Of a stretch of DNA of 64,000 nt, positions 1 to 9,227 are shown piece after piece. Origin of the DNA: Candidatus Latescibacterota bacterium. Lineage in GTDB: Bacteria > Latescibacterota > UBA2968 > UBA8231. The position numbers and the translations under genes are program-made. Position 1 is the first letter of the stretch. Each line of letters opens with the position of its first letter. Location: assembly GCA_963422735.1 (NCBI GenBank), contig OY730476.1:3360001-3424000 (forward strand), read 5' to 3'. Under the pieces are notes generated by a model, which made no database searches, was not told the DNA's origin, and saw nothing but the letters and a program-made list of their open reading frames with translations.

Positions 1-1323
1 GCGAGCATTGACAAAGGACTGAAAGGGCGTGAATACGAAACCAAAAAAGAGGAAAAACCATATAAATTGGGCAATGCCCGGCAGCAGCCAAGCGGCGATG
101 CCGATTAGGCCGGCCGTGGCCAAGGCATACAGGGCTAGCGCCAGCCAGATGGGGAAATCGCCGCGACCCTCAGGGGTGGCAAAGCTGCGCTTGGGACTGC
201 CGTCATCCTCAGTGTTGGCCCTAGCTCTGTGCACGCTCTGAAGTACCTGATAGATGCCGATGACGGCGATGGCGATAGTGGTGCCGATGCCGAAGCTCAT
301 CCAAAAATCGACGTTGTTGACGAAGAAGGTATCTATCGAGCCCATGCCTTGCCGCCACAAGTTAAGATAAGGCTCCTCTCGCCACGAAGGCGTCCAAGTA
401 TAGAGCAGTGGATTGGCAATCGAGGCGACGACCACGCCGATAAAGGTGCCGACCACGCCCCAGAATGGCACCACTAGCCCGGTAAAGATCGGGCCCAAGT
501 GCGCGGTAAACCCCAGCGGAGTCGCCGGGATGAAGTTGCCGGTGACTTGCGTGAAGTCAACAAAGGGAATGGGTATGAGTTGGATCGGCTCGGTCAGGAG
601 TGCGCCGGTAATCGCCGGCAGGGCCACGTAGATCGTGCCAAAGACCAAGCCGATCATCGCTCCCGCTGAGAATACTCGCCAGCGCCAAGTCTCAAGTCCT
701 TGAGTCGTCTCGGCCAGTGCTGTAGCACCTTGGGCGTTTACGGGCGCGAAAGGAAAGGGCAGGCGCTCGTAGTCGGAGCTGAGCCGGAAGAGCGCGTACG
801 ACATGGTAAACCAGTTGACGCGCCAGATGATCATCCCCAAGACGAGGAGTACGATCGGCATCGCCCAATCCGCGTGCAGGAAGGTCCGCTCGACGATGGC
901 TTGGGAGTCGGCCTGCGGTGCCACCCAAGTGGGGATCAGCTTGGCGATGCCAAACTGCTTGGCCGCCGGCGATTGCACCAAGTACTGGTTGTAGAGCAAG
1001 CCTTCAAAGGCACCGGTCTCAGCGGCAATCAGCGAGGCGGCCACGTAGAACAGCACATAGACTTCTTGACGCCGGAGGGAGGAAAAGGAGCGCTTGGTGA
1101 TTTCGGCGAAGAGGATGATGGTCACCCACTCGGCCGCCGCTCCCAAAGAGCCGCCGATCATCAGGCTCAAGTACATGTTGCCCGGCACCATGATAAAGGC
1201 GACGAAGAACACGCCGAGGATGGCCTTGATCGTAAAGCCGTTCTCGAAGCGGTCCGGGACCTGCATTAGATCCCGATATTCTTCGATTTCTTGGTTCGGG
1301 TTTCTATTTTTGCTTCCGAACAC
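1..1323 (-). CDS. OPT-like oligopeptide transporter / multi-pass membrane protein (3' end runs off window; absent from ORF track)
   Basis: Manual translation from GTG 1323 after GGAGG: MFGSKNRNPNQEIEEYRDLMQVPDRFENGFTIKAILGVFFVAFIMVPGNMYLSLMIGGSLGAAAEWVTIILFAEITKRS; many hydrophobic segments; co-oriented with upstream genes. Confidence 0.75.
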   Translation of the reverse strand, partial: MFGSKNRNPNQEIEEYRDLMQVPDRFENGFTIKAILGVFFVAFIMVPGNMYLSLMIGGSLGAAAEWVTIILFAEITKRSFSSLRRQEVYVLFYVAASLIAAETGAFEGLLYNQYLVQSPAAKQFGIAKLIPTWVAPQADSQAIVERTFLHADWAMPIVLLVLGMIIWRVNWFTMSYALFRLSSDYERLPFPFAPVNAQGATALAETTQGLETWRWRVFSAGAMIGLVFGTIYVALPAITGALLTEPIQLIPIPFVDFTQVTGNFIPATPLGFTAHLGPIFTGLVVPFWGVVGTFIGVVVASIANPLLYTWTPSWREEPYLNLWRQGMGSIDTFFVNNVDFWMSFGIGTTIAIAVIGIYQVLQSVHRARANTEDDGSPKRSFATPEGRGDFPIWLALALYALATAGLIGIAAWLLPGIAQFIWFFLFFGFVFTPFQSFVNAR

Positions 1324-1336
1324 TCGCTATCCTCCC

Positions 1337-4300
1337 TTACGCCGACACTTCGCTGCGCAGCCCTTGCAGAATTTCCGCGCCCTGCTGGCGGTAGCCTTCT
1401 TTGGCCTCGGCATCCACCGTGCGCCAGATGAGGAACTGTTTGCGGATGACGTTCATAAAGCGCTGGTTGACCCTCCGCCACGAGGCGTCCTCGCCGCTGA
1501 GTCGCTTAATTTGCAGGCCGACTGCGTAAATGTTGTGCTCGGCCTCTGGCATGGCCCGCACGGTGACGTGTTGGCTGACGCCCAAGTCGAAAGGAGCCAG
1601 CCAGATATTCATGTCGATGAGGTACCCTTCGCCGTTGGGCGTTTCTTCGCGGCTTAGCTGGGCGCCGTCGGTGTAGAAGGTGCCGATGGATTCCTCGCTG
1701 TAGGAGTCGAAGTAGCCGATGAGGAATACGCTTAAGCCTAAGACCTCGTGGCCGCTGACCGTAAAGGGGAACTCGAAATCCCACTGGTCGCCATCGGGCG
1801 GCGGCAGCTTCCACTTGCGGGTCACGTCCGGCACGGCCATCTGCGAAGCCTTGCGTGCCGGATAGATCGTCGAGAGCATGACCACGGCCATCACTAGCAT
1901 ACAGGAGAGCACTGCGGCTACCGAGGAGTAGTTGAGCGTAAAGCCGCCTAAAAGATCGGACTCGATGAGCACCTTGGCGATTACTTGGCCGCTGAGATAA
2001 CCGGCGACGACGCCCAGCACCGAATATACGCAACTCTCGGCGATAAACAGCCAAGAGATATGGCCGGGGGCTAGGCCCACCGAAGAGTAGATGCCGATTT
2101 CGCGGAAGCGCTCGTACACGCTGCCCATCATGGTGTTGAGCACAATAAGCGAGGCGATCAGCATGGGGATGAACAAGTTGCTCATCCCGGAAAAGGAGGT
2201 CAGCCCTAGCGATGAGTAGATCGCCACCTTGATGTATTCGTCGCCGGGCTCCTTGATCCCGGCGAACAGCGTCACCGCGAGGCGCGAGAGGAACTCCTCG
2301 ACCTCGGTGCGCACGTCGCTGCCCTCGGGGAAGCGCACGGCCACGGATTGCAGGGGGTTGCCGCTGCCGACGTTGCGCAGCGTGTGGTAGGGCGCGATTA
2401 GGATGTTGGCTGGCTCTAGATGGACAAAGGGCTTGATGACGACCTGGGCATCCTCCAAGCCCTGCTTCTCGCGCTGCTCCTCCTCGGCTATTTCCTGCAC
2501 GGCTTGGCCGCCGGTGACGGCGAAGTCGGCCGGCGTCAGGATTTCGTCGTCGAGGTCTTTGAGGTCCTTCATCCGCTTGGAGTCGAGGACGCCTACTACT
2601 GTAAACAAGTCGCCGAAGACCCTGACTTGCGTTCGGCCGACTTCGGCCAAGTCGATGTCGAGATGGGCCTCCTTGACCATGTCGATGGGCAGGATACAGA
2701 CCTTGTCCTCGCCCGGCTTAAACCACCGCCCGGCCACTAGGGCTTGATCCAGCCCAGTGACCTCGGTTTCCTCCGGGGTCAATCCGAGGACGCCGAGCGC
2801 GTTATGGGCCTTGTCGCCGTGTTTTATTTTGATGTGTGCCTTGGCCTTGTTGCTGTACCAGCTACGCGGTGCGACCGCGGTCCGATCACCGAAATTGCTG
2901 CGGGCGTATTCGAGCACGGAATCTTCCATCGGATTCCACGCCTTGCTGCGGATTAGGATGCCTTCATAGAGGCCCTCGTTGTCGCGACTGATTTGGTTGA
3001 ACCGCAGGCCCGTGCGGATGGAAGTGAAGGAGAGGACCGTAAAGGTCAGCAACAAGAGCGTGGTGAAGGTGAGGACTGTGCGCGTCTTGCGCCGCTTCAT
3101 GTTGGAAATCCCGAGATGGAAGGCCGTCAGCGAGGCCGAAGAGCGGCTGACGTCCGTGTCGTGGATCACGGCTACCTCAGTGCGCAGCTTCTTCATTTGC
3201 TCGTTGAAGCGGCCGGAAATGATCGACATCACGAGAACGGCCAGCGCGATGATGATGAAAGCAAGCAGGATGATGAAGGGATTGGATAGCTGAAAGGCCG
3301 GATGTACCATCCACAACACGATCCAGATCGCCAGGAAAACCCCGACAAAGCCGATGATCTGATTGCGGATCGTGGCGGCCGTAAAAATAAGCCGCTCGGT
3401 AAAAAAGGCGCAGGGAAGGACGAGGGCCATAAAGAAGATAATGCCCTGAACGACGTCGTTTTGGGTGGATTTGACGTCTGGATAGGCGCGCGACTCTAGC
3501 CCGAAGGCTGCGCGCGTGTGGCGCACGAAATCGCCCCAGCGCAGCTCGGTGCCAGCCACTGCGGCTTGGTCTAGCTCGGTCTCGGCCCGGTAGTGGAGGT
3601 CGTTGAGGCGCTGGTTTTCAATGGCAAAGCTCCGCAGTTCGCGCATCCGCGACTCGTCGAGATTCCACATGTCTTGGGCGGCTTGGAAGGTCGTGCGGGC
3701 AAAAGAGGTGCCGGGGCGGATCTCAAAGCCCTCGCCTTCGGCCTTGTCTTTGTCGGTGACGCTGGTGGCGTTGAGCAGCAGCGAGCGAAAGCCGAGTATG
3801 CCCGCGCCAAAACCCATTTTTATGCGCGAGCCGGGCCGTGCGAAGAGCACTCCGACCGGCTCGTTTTGGGCCGAGGGGCCTTCGCCGATGGTGTAACCGT
3901 ACTCCACGGGCGCGCTGTTCGTCTCGTCGAAGACCTGTACGTTGGACAGCTTGGTGAGATAGCGCGGATCGACGATGTCGAAGAAATTGTAGGGCACGCA
4001 GGGGAAGAGGATGACCATCCACTGCTTGTCGCGCCAGTCCATGGAGACCTTCATCGGGTAGATCTCGTCGCCTTGTACGCCGCGGTCCGGGGCGTAGGTG
4101 ATGCGGCCGGTGATCGGGTCCATGTAGTAGCCCTCGATCTGCACGTTGTTGACCCGTACCCGATTTACGTAAAAGGCCCCCTTATCATTGACGACCTCGT
4201 AGTACTCACCGCGCACGCCTTTATACGACTTTTTCTTGCCGTTGCGCACGACGGCCACTGCGTCTGCACGCGGCAGGTCGGGGATGATGCTGCGGCGCGG

Positions 4301-6163
4301 AAAGACCATGGTCCGGCCGCGAAGCGAGCGCAGATTGTCGCGCAGGCGCATCTTGAAGTCCGGGAAAAGCTCTGGGTCTTCAAAGGCCATCTCGAACATA
4401 CCGGAGAGCACCCGGATCTGTTTGGCGAGATTGGCGTGGTTGACGCGCTCGGCCCGGTCTAAGGGCGTATCGACGAGGAAGCGCGCGTCGTTGACTGTGA
4501 CAAAGGCCAACGCTGGCGTACCGGTTGCCAACACCAATTCGCTGTTGACCGATATTTCGCCCGGTACAAAGGTCTGCCAGCTCATCCCGCCTTCGGGACT
4601 GATGCCATTGACCAGCACGTCGCGCCGCTGGTAGTCTAACTCGCGGCTGATCTTGCGCGCATAAGCCATAAAGTTCTTGCCAAAGGGCGCGAAGTAGCGC
4701 TTGTAGTAAAAGCTGGTATTGCTATTCCAGACCCCAAGTTCGTCGGTCTGCGACGAAAGGTCGAGGCTAATGAAGAGATTGACTGCGAGCGAATCGACTT
4801 TGGGGTCGGCCCAGCGTTTGTAGAGCGCGAGGCGCAAGTCGTCGTCCGAGCGCAACTCATCAACAAGTTCGTGGCGATTTTTGAATCGCTTGCCGGCGAG
4901 GTGCAGTGCGCCTTCTTCTCGGCTCAGCAGCCTCTTAATGCCCTCTATTGTCTTTTTCCACAAGCCCCATGAGCTGCTGGATGTGTCTTCCTCTTGGCCC
5001 AGCAGCCCTTCAGCGAGTGCGGCGTCGGCAATGTGCGCGGCCAAGTCGGTGCGCCCTTCGGCAACGTTCCGCACGAGGGCTTCTTTGCCGGTAAACTCCT
5101 CCTCGCCGATGGCGTAGTGGATGCCGTCTTGGGCGATCATGTTCCGTGCGAGTGCGGCATCGACGACCCGCCGCACCAGCATGTGTTCGATAAAAGGATC
5201 CTCTTTACGCAAATAGCGCTGGATGAAATCATCGACCCCGCGCAAGCCCAAGTGGTGGGCCGAAGTAGCGAGGAAGACGACCGTGCGCGCCGGCGGGTTC
5301 GCACGAAAATAGCGCGCTATTTCCAACAGCGCAGTAATACTGGAGGCCTGCTCGGCCCCCGGGGCGAGGGCCGGCACGACCGACATGGCGTCGTAGTACG
5401 CCTCCAGCACGATCACGTCCTCTTTCATCAAGGGATCGTATCCAGGGATCGTGCCGAGGATATTCCAAGCGGGACGTCGCTCCCAATCCATGCGGTACTC
5501 CAAGTGGAGCGTCTGCTCACCTCCTGCGGCCAACTGGCGGCGCAAGTGCTGGCCGGCTTGGCGATTGATCCAGAACCTCGGCAGGCCGAGCGGCATGGTG
5601 AGGAACTTCTTTTCGCCCTCCAAGTACACGGTGGAGTCCGGCTCGATAAAGACGATGGCCTGGGCCCCGAGATAGGCGGCATTGAGCCAAGCGTCGCCCG
5701 AATTGAAGTCCATCAGAGCCACAGCCCCTTCGACTTGTTTGCCGTCCATGTCCGCGTACTCGCCCTTGCCGGCGTCTATCAAGCGTCCGGTCACCCCGCC
5801 TTCGGGCAGCGTCGAGGTTTTGACTAGATTGGGCCAGAGGCCGTGGATTGGCACTTGTTCGCCGCTTTGGATGACCCGCAGGAATCCGCCCTTATCGACT
5901 GGAATCGAGACATCGTATTCGTGGACAACGACGTCGTCAAGGCCGATTGCACGGAAGCGTTCCTGCACGATCTGGGCCGCTTGATCGGCACCTGGATAGC
6001 CGGCAACTCTAGACCCCAAGCCGGCAAAAATGTCCATCGTCTGCTGCACGCGCTCGACCGGGGCCGTGCGTACCAACTCGGCAAAATCGACCTCGGCCCG
6101 GGCCAGTGCCGCGCTGGCCAAAATCCAGCCGAGGGCCATCCACCTCACCGCGAACTTAGGCAT
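1337..6163 (-). CDS. Signal peptide + M28/PA-type metallopeptidase-like domain fused to FtsX/MacB-like permease domains
   Basis: 1608 aa; NILGTIPG...VLEAYYDAMS...APGAE peptidase-fold motifs; C-terminal SVYERFREIGIYSSVGL FtsX signature; several TM clusters. Confidence 0.8.
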   Translation of the reverse strand: MPKFAVRWMALGWILASAALARAEVDFAELVRTAPVERVQQTMDIFAGLGSRVAGYPGADQAAQIVQERFRAIGLDDVVVHEYDVSIPVDKGGFLRVIQSGEQVPIHGLWPNLVKTSTLPEGGVTGRLIDAGKGEYADMDGKQVEGAVALMDFNSGDAWLNAAYLGAQAIVFIEPDSTVYLEGEKKFLTMPLGLPRFWINRQAGQHLRRQLAAGGEQTLHLEYRMDWERRPAWNILGTIPGYDPLMKEDVIVLEAYYDAMSVVPALAPGAEQASSITALLEIARYFRANPPARTVVFLATSAHHLGLRGVDDFIQRYLRKEDPFIEHMLVRRVVDAALARNMIAQDGIHYAIGEEEFTGKEALVRNVAEGRTDLAAHIADAALAEGLLGQEEDTSSSSWGLWKKTIEGIKRLLSREEGALHLAGKRFKNRHELVDELRSDDDLRLALYKRWADPKVDSLAVNLFISLDLSSQTDELGVWNSNTSFYYKRYFAPFGKNFMAYARKISRELDYQRRDVLVNGISPEGGMSWQTFVPGEISVNSELVLATGTPALAFVTVNDARFLVDTPLDRAERVNHANLAKQIRVLSGMFEMAFEDPELFPDFKMRLRDNLRSLRGRTMVFPRRSIIPDLPRADAVAVVRNGKKKSYKGVRGEYYEVVNDKGAFYVNRVRVNNVQIEGYYMDPITGRITYAPDRGVQGDEIYPMKVSMDWRDKQWMVILFPCVPYNFFDIVDPRYLTKLSNVQVFDETNSAPVEYGYTIGEGPSAQNEPVGVLFARPGSRIKMGFGAGILGFRSLLLNATSVTDKDKAEGEGFEIRPGTSFARTTFQAAQDMWNLDESRMRELRSFAIENQRLNDLHYRAETELDQAAVAGTELRWGDFVRHTRAAFGLESRAYPDVKSTQNDVVQGIIFFMALVLPCAFFTERLIFTAATIRNQIIGFVGVFLAIWIVLWMVHPAFQLSNPFIILLAFIIIALAVLVMSIISGRFNEQMKKLRTEVAVIHDTDVSRSSASLTAFHLGISNMKRRKTRTVLTFTTLLLLTFTVLSFTSIRTGLRFNQISRDNEGLYEGILIRSKAWNPMEDSVLEYARSNFGDRTAVAPRSWYSNKAKAHIKIKHGDKAHNALGVLGLTPEETEVTGLDQALVAGRWFKPGEDKVCILPIDMVKEAHLDIDLAEVGRTQVRVFGDLFTVVGVLDSKRMKDLKDLDDEILTPADFAVTGGQAVQEIAEEEQREKQGLEDAQVVIKPFVHLEPANILIAPYHTLRNVGSGNPLQSVAVRFPEGSDVRTEVEEFLSRLAVTLFAGIKEPGDEYIKVAIYSSLGLTSFSGMSNLFIPMLIASLIVLNTMMGSVYERFREIGIYSSVGLAPGHISWLFIAESCVYSVLGVVAGYLSGQVIAKVLIESDLLGGFTLNYSSVAAVLSCMLVMAVVMLSTIYPARKASQMAVPDVTRKWKLPPPDGDQWDFEFPFTVSGHEVLGLSVFLIGYFDSYSEESIGTFYTDGAQLSREETPNGEGYLIDMNIWLAPFDLGVSQHVTVRAMPEAEHNIYAVGLQIKRLSGEDASWRRVNQRFMNVIRKQFLIWRTVDAEAKEGYRQQGAEILQGLRSEVSA

Positions 6164-6180
6164 AGCTATAAGTGCCTTTC

Positions 6181-8151
6181 TCAGATCCAGAAGACCACAT
6201 TGTCGGTCATGCCCGTAAAAAAGTCGATAATCAACCAGAGCCCCGCGATGAAAAACTGGCCTACGATTAGGCCTAAGAAGAAGGGACGCGCCCGGCGAAA
6301 AAGGCTAGGCCCGCCGTATTTCATCGCCACTAACTTTAAGAGCCAAGCGAGGGCAATGCTAAACCACAACTGGTCCATTAGCCATACGGCACCAATGGGG
6401 TATCCGATGGGATGCAGAGGCCACCACAAGAGCCGCTGGCGCGCCCACATAAGCAGGGCCATGATGCCCCCGCCGCCAAAAGTGTGAATCCAGCCATCGA
6501 TGTTCGGCTCGGTGGGTGCGCTTAACTTGGTGGTAATATAATCAAAAGGGGCGCGAGTTCCACCACCAAAAAACCACCCGTTGAGATTGATGCCGCCGTA
6601 TTCGTAGGCGAGGTACAAAATTGCTGCGACCGAGCCGACAATGCTGACAAAAATCGCCAGCAGCATGTACCAAAAAAGCGGACGCAGCCGCGGCCCTAAC
6701 TCCTCGCCCAATTTGAGACCGTGCGCGCAGGAAGCCATGACAAACGTGCGGATGTCCGCCGCCCACACATAGGTGTAGGCGAGGCCCACCATGCCCGCCG
6801 GGCCGATCGCCGAAGAACCTACGGCTGAGACCAAGGCCGACGAAGAAATCATCGGCCCGACCGCCGCTGCCACGCCCCCCTCTGCTACCACTCGTGTCAA
6901 GCCGACGAAGATAAGAATGGCCAGCATCAGGGTCAAAAAGGCCGCCCACAGCGGCAAACCGGACTGCCACAACCAGGTGGTCATCACCGCGACTCCGGCG
7001 AGCCAAGTTAAGACCGCCGCCCGATAGGAGAGCATCTCACCACTGTCGTCGATGCGGTTGTCACCCGTGAGGGCCTTGCGCAGCACGTCGCGCAGGTGTT
7101 CGCGGCCGACCCATAGGCCGAAGAACACTAAAACGATCATCGCCCCCTGCCCTTGGTGGGCGAGAATTGGCTCGCTAGGAGCGCCGTAAATGCCCAGCTT
7201 TTCGGTGCTGCCAACCCCTAAAACCCCCAGCCCCCCTCGGATCAGCTTGGCGATGGTGTTGAAAAACCACAGGCTGAAGGCGATGTCGAGGTTGATTAGA
7301 TAGGCGAACCCCACCATGGGAAAGCTCAGGCGGAATATCAGGCTGATGGTGTTGCGCAGAATCGGGACGGAGGAGACGAGCTGGATAGCGGGGATGAAGT
7401 TGAAGTACGCGTGTAGGGCGTTGAGGCTGCTGACGAGGGCGGGCAGGGCAAAGCCGATCCACATGATCGGGTTTTTGAAGAAAGGACCTAGAGCCTGTCC
7501 ACGGCCCCCACTCTCCACCATGGCCAAGGGAACTTGCACCAGCGGGTAAACTAGCCGCTCCCGCTCCACCCACTGGCGGCGCAGAATGACCATAGACGAG
7601 ATCATAACCAAGTACAGAGCCACGATTAGCACAGCCCAATAGCACAGCGGGCCGACCCAGACAGCCCAAGGTACCCCAGCGGTGCGCGGTGCCCCTTCGT
7701 AAAACCACTTGATCGCCTCGGGATCCTGCGGCGCGATCCAGTCGGGAAGGTGCGGCAGGATGTGCAAGGCCCACTCGTTTTCTGGGGTGGCGTAGTACTG
7801 GGCACCGGTGATGATCGTCAGCCAGTATTCGCTGAGGCCCATCGTGGGGATGGCCGAGGCCGTGAGCATCATAATGTACGCGACGATTAGCTCGCAGCGC
7901 CCGAGGGCCACAGGAACAATGAGGCGGGTCAACAAGGCGTTGAACAAGCCCGTTAGCACGAAGAAGAAGAATAGGGCACCCGCCGCGCTGAAATCAATCG
8001 ACATGTAGGAGCCGCGGATGACCATGTTGCCGTAAGGTGCTCCCACGGCGATGCACAGCGACCCTAGGGTGCCTGCCACCAGCGCTTTGGCGCTGAAGAC
8101 CGGCTCGGCTCGTATTGGGGCCTGAAGGGTAGGCTCTTTCGGGAAATCCAT
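6181..8151 (-). CDS. Multi-pass membrane protein, DUF6785/DUF6784-like
   Basis: 656 aa; ILRRQWVERERLVYPLVQVP, WWPLHPIGY and YGG..LFRRARPFFLGLIVG motifs. Confidence 0.7.
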   Translation of the reverse strand: MDFPKEPTLQAPIRAEPVFSAKALVAGTLGSLCIAVGAPYGNMVIRGSYMSIDFSAAGALFFFFVLTGLFNALLTRLIVPVALGRCELIVAYIMMLTASAIPTMGLSEYWLTIITGAQYYATPENEWALHILPHLPDWIAPQDPEAIKWFYEGAPRTAGVPWAVWVGPLCYWAVLIVALYLVMISSMVILRRQWVERERLVYPLVQVPLAMVESGGRGQALGPFFKNPIMWIGFALPALVSSLNALHAYFNFIPAIQLVSSVPILRNTISLIFRLSFPMVGFAYLINLDIAFSLWFFNTIAKLIRGGLGVLGVGSTEKLGIYGAPSEPILAHQGQGAMIVLVFFGLWVGREHLRDVLRKALTGDNRIDDSGEMLSYRAAVLTWLAGVAVMTTWLWQSGLPLWAAFLTLMLAILIFVGLTRVVAEGGVAAAVGPMISSSALVSAVGSSAIGPAGMVGLAYTYVWAADIRTFVMASCAHGLKLGEELGPRLRPLFWYMLLAIFVSIVGSVAAILYLAYEYGGINLNGWFFGGGTRAPFDYITTKLSAPTEPNIDGWIHTFGGGGIMALLMWARQRLLWWPLHPIGYPIGAVWLMDQLWFSIALAWLLKLVAMKYGGPSLFRRARPFFLGLIVGQFFIAGLWLIIDFFTGMTDNVVFWI

Positions 8152-8188
8152 TGAGGCGATCTAAAGAAAAGGTCTATACATTTATATA

Positions 8189-8710
8189 TTAATGGCCCTG
8201 GTCCAACCAGCCTATTTTCTCTAGTTGCTCCAAGGTCCACCAAGCTAATAGGCCGATCGCCCCCCCGCTCACCAAAGCGCTGAACAAGGCCAGCGGCAAA
8301 AGCGCGAACAGACCGCTGTGGCCGATATAGCCAGAGGCGAGAACGAGCTGGCTGAGTTGGTGCGCCAACGCGCCCCAGATGCTCAGGCCCACGACGCTGA
8401 AAAGCCGCGTTCCCATGCGGCGCACCGCAACCATGACCAGCCAGCTCGCCAAGCCAGCCCCGCCGCCGATGACAAAGGCCGGACCGGCAAATCCCCCGCT
8501 GAGCAAGCCACCAGCTACGATCTTGATGACACTAACGGCCAACGCCGGGCCGCCGCCAAAGCTCACCAGCGCGACCAAAACCGGCAGATTTCCGAGCCCC
8601 AACTTCATCCAGGGCAAGGGTTTGGGCACCAGCGATTCAAAGGCGAAGAGCACGATTGCTGCACTGGCCATAAGCCCCAAACGGGCCACGTCTCTAGGTC
8701 GCGCAAACAT
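8189..8710 (-). CDS. Gx transporter family (heptaprenyl diphosphate synthase component I-like) membrane protein
   Basis: FESLVPKPLPWMKLGLGN and GALAHQLSQL motifs; start overlaps stop of the NusG-II gene. Confidence 0.8.
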   Translation of the reverse strand: MFARPRDVARLGLMASAAIVLFAFESLVPKPLPWMKLGLGNLPVLVALVSFGGGPALAVSVIKIVAGGLLSGGFAGPAFVIGGGAGLASWLVMVAVRRMGTRLFSVVGLSIWGALAHQLSQLVLASGYIGHSGLFALLPLALFSALVSGGAIGLLAWWTLEQLEKIGWLDQGH

Positions 8711-9099
8711 CAGCGAACCATCGCGTCTATGGGTGTGGCACCAGCGATTCTCAGCACTAGGCCGTTGGGCACGCACGCGGTCACGTCGCCCGCTCGCCGC
8801 ATCCAGCCCTGCCGCATGCAGATATTGTGAACGCAGGGTGCAGAAGTCACACGTACGCCCTTGGGGCCGATCTCGATCTCGCTCACTCCTAGAGGTCCTG
8901 CAACCGGCAAGATCCCGTAGTTAGAAAGGGCATGTGTGGCGGGCGCGGCCCCTGCCAACTCGACGATGAGCACACCGCCGGCCTCGGCCGTATAGCGACC
9001 GTAGAGTACCAGCCCGATCGCACTCAAGCCCACGACGAGCGCGAGGATTTTATCTGCTCGCGTCAACGCCGGTGCGTTTTCGGTATTTAGCCGCCACAT
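8710..9099 (-). CDS. NusG domain II-containing protein
   Basis: N-terminal TM; VRVTSAPCVHNICMRQGW...ACVPN; usual partner of Gx transporter. Confidence 0.85.
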   Translation of the reverse strand: MWRLNTENAPALTRADKILALVVGLSAIGLVLYGRYTAEAGGVLIVELAGAAPATHALSNYGILPVAGPLGVSEIEIGPKGVRVTSAPCVHNICMRQGWMRRAGDVTACVPNGLVLRIAGATPIDAMVR

Positions 9100-9227
9100 C
9101 CTGCGTCCTTTTTTTAATTTATCTTCTACCGCGTGTGCAAAAGAGTAGGAAGCTTCTGCTTGTATGTACTTATTTTTTTTCTATATACTTGTTTATATTG
9201 ACGGGCAAATAGAGAACGAAGGATCTC

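Noticed and set aside
29-1269. Plus-strand ORFs at the window start
   Set aside because: Shadows of the minus-strand OPT-like gene that the ORF track missed.
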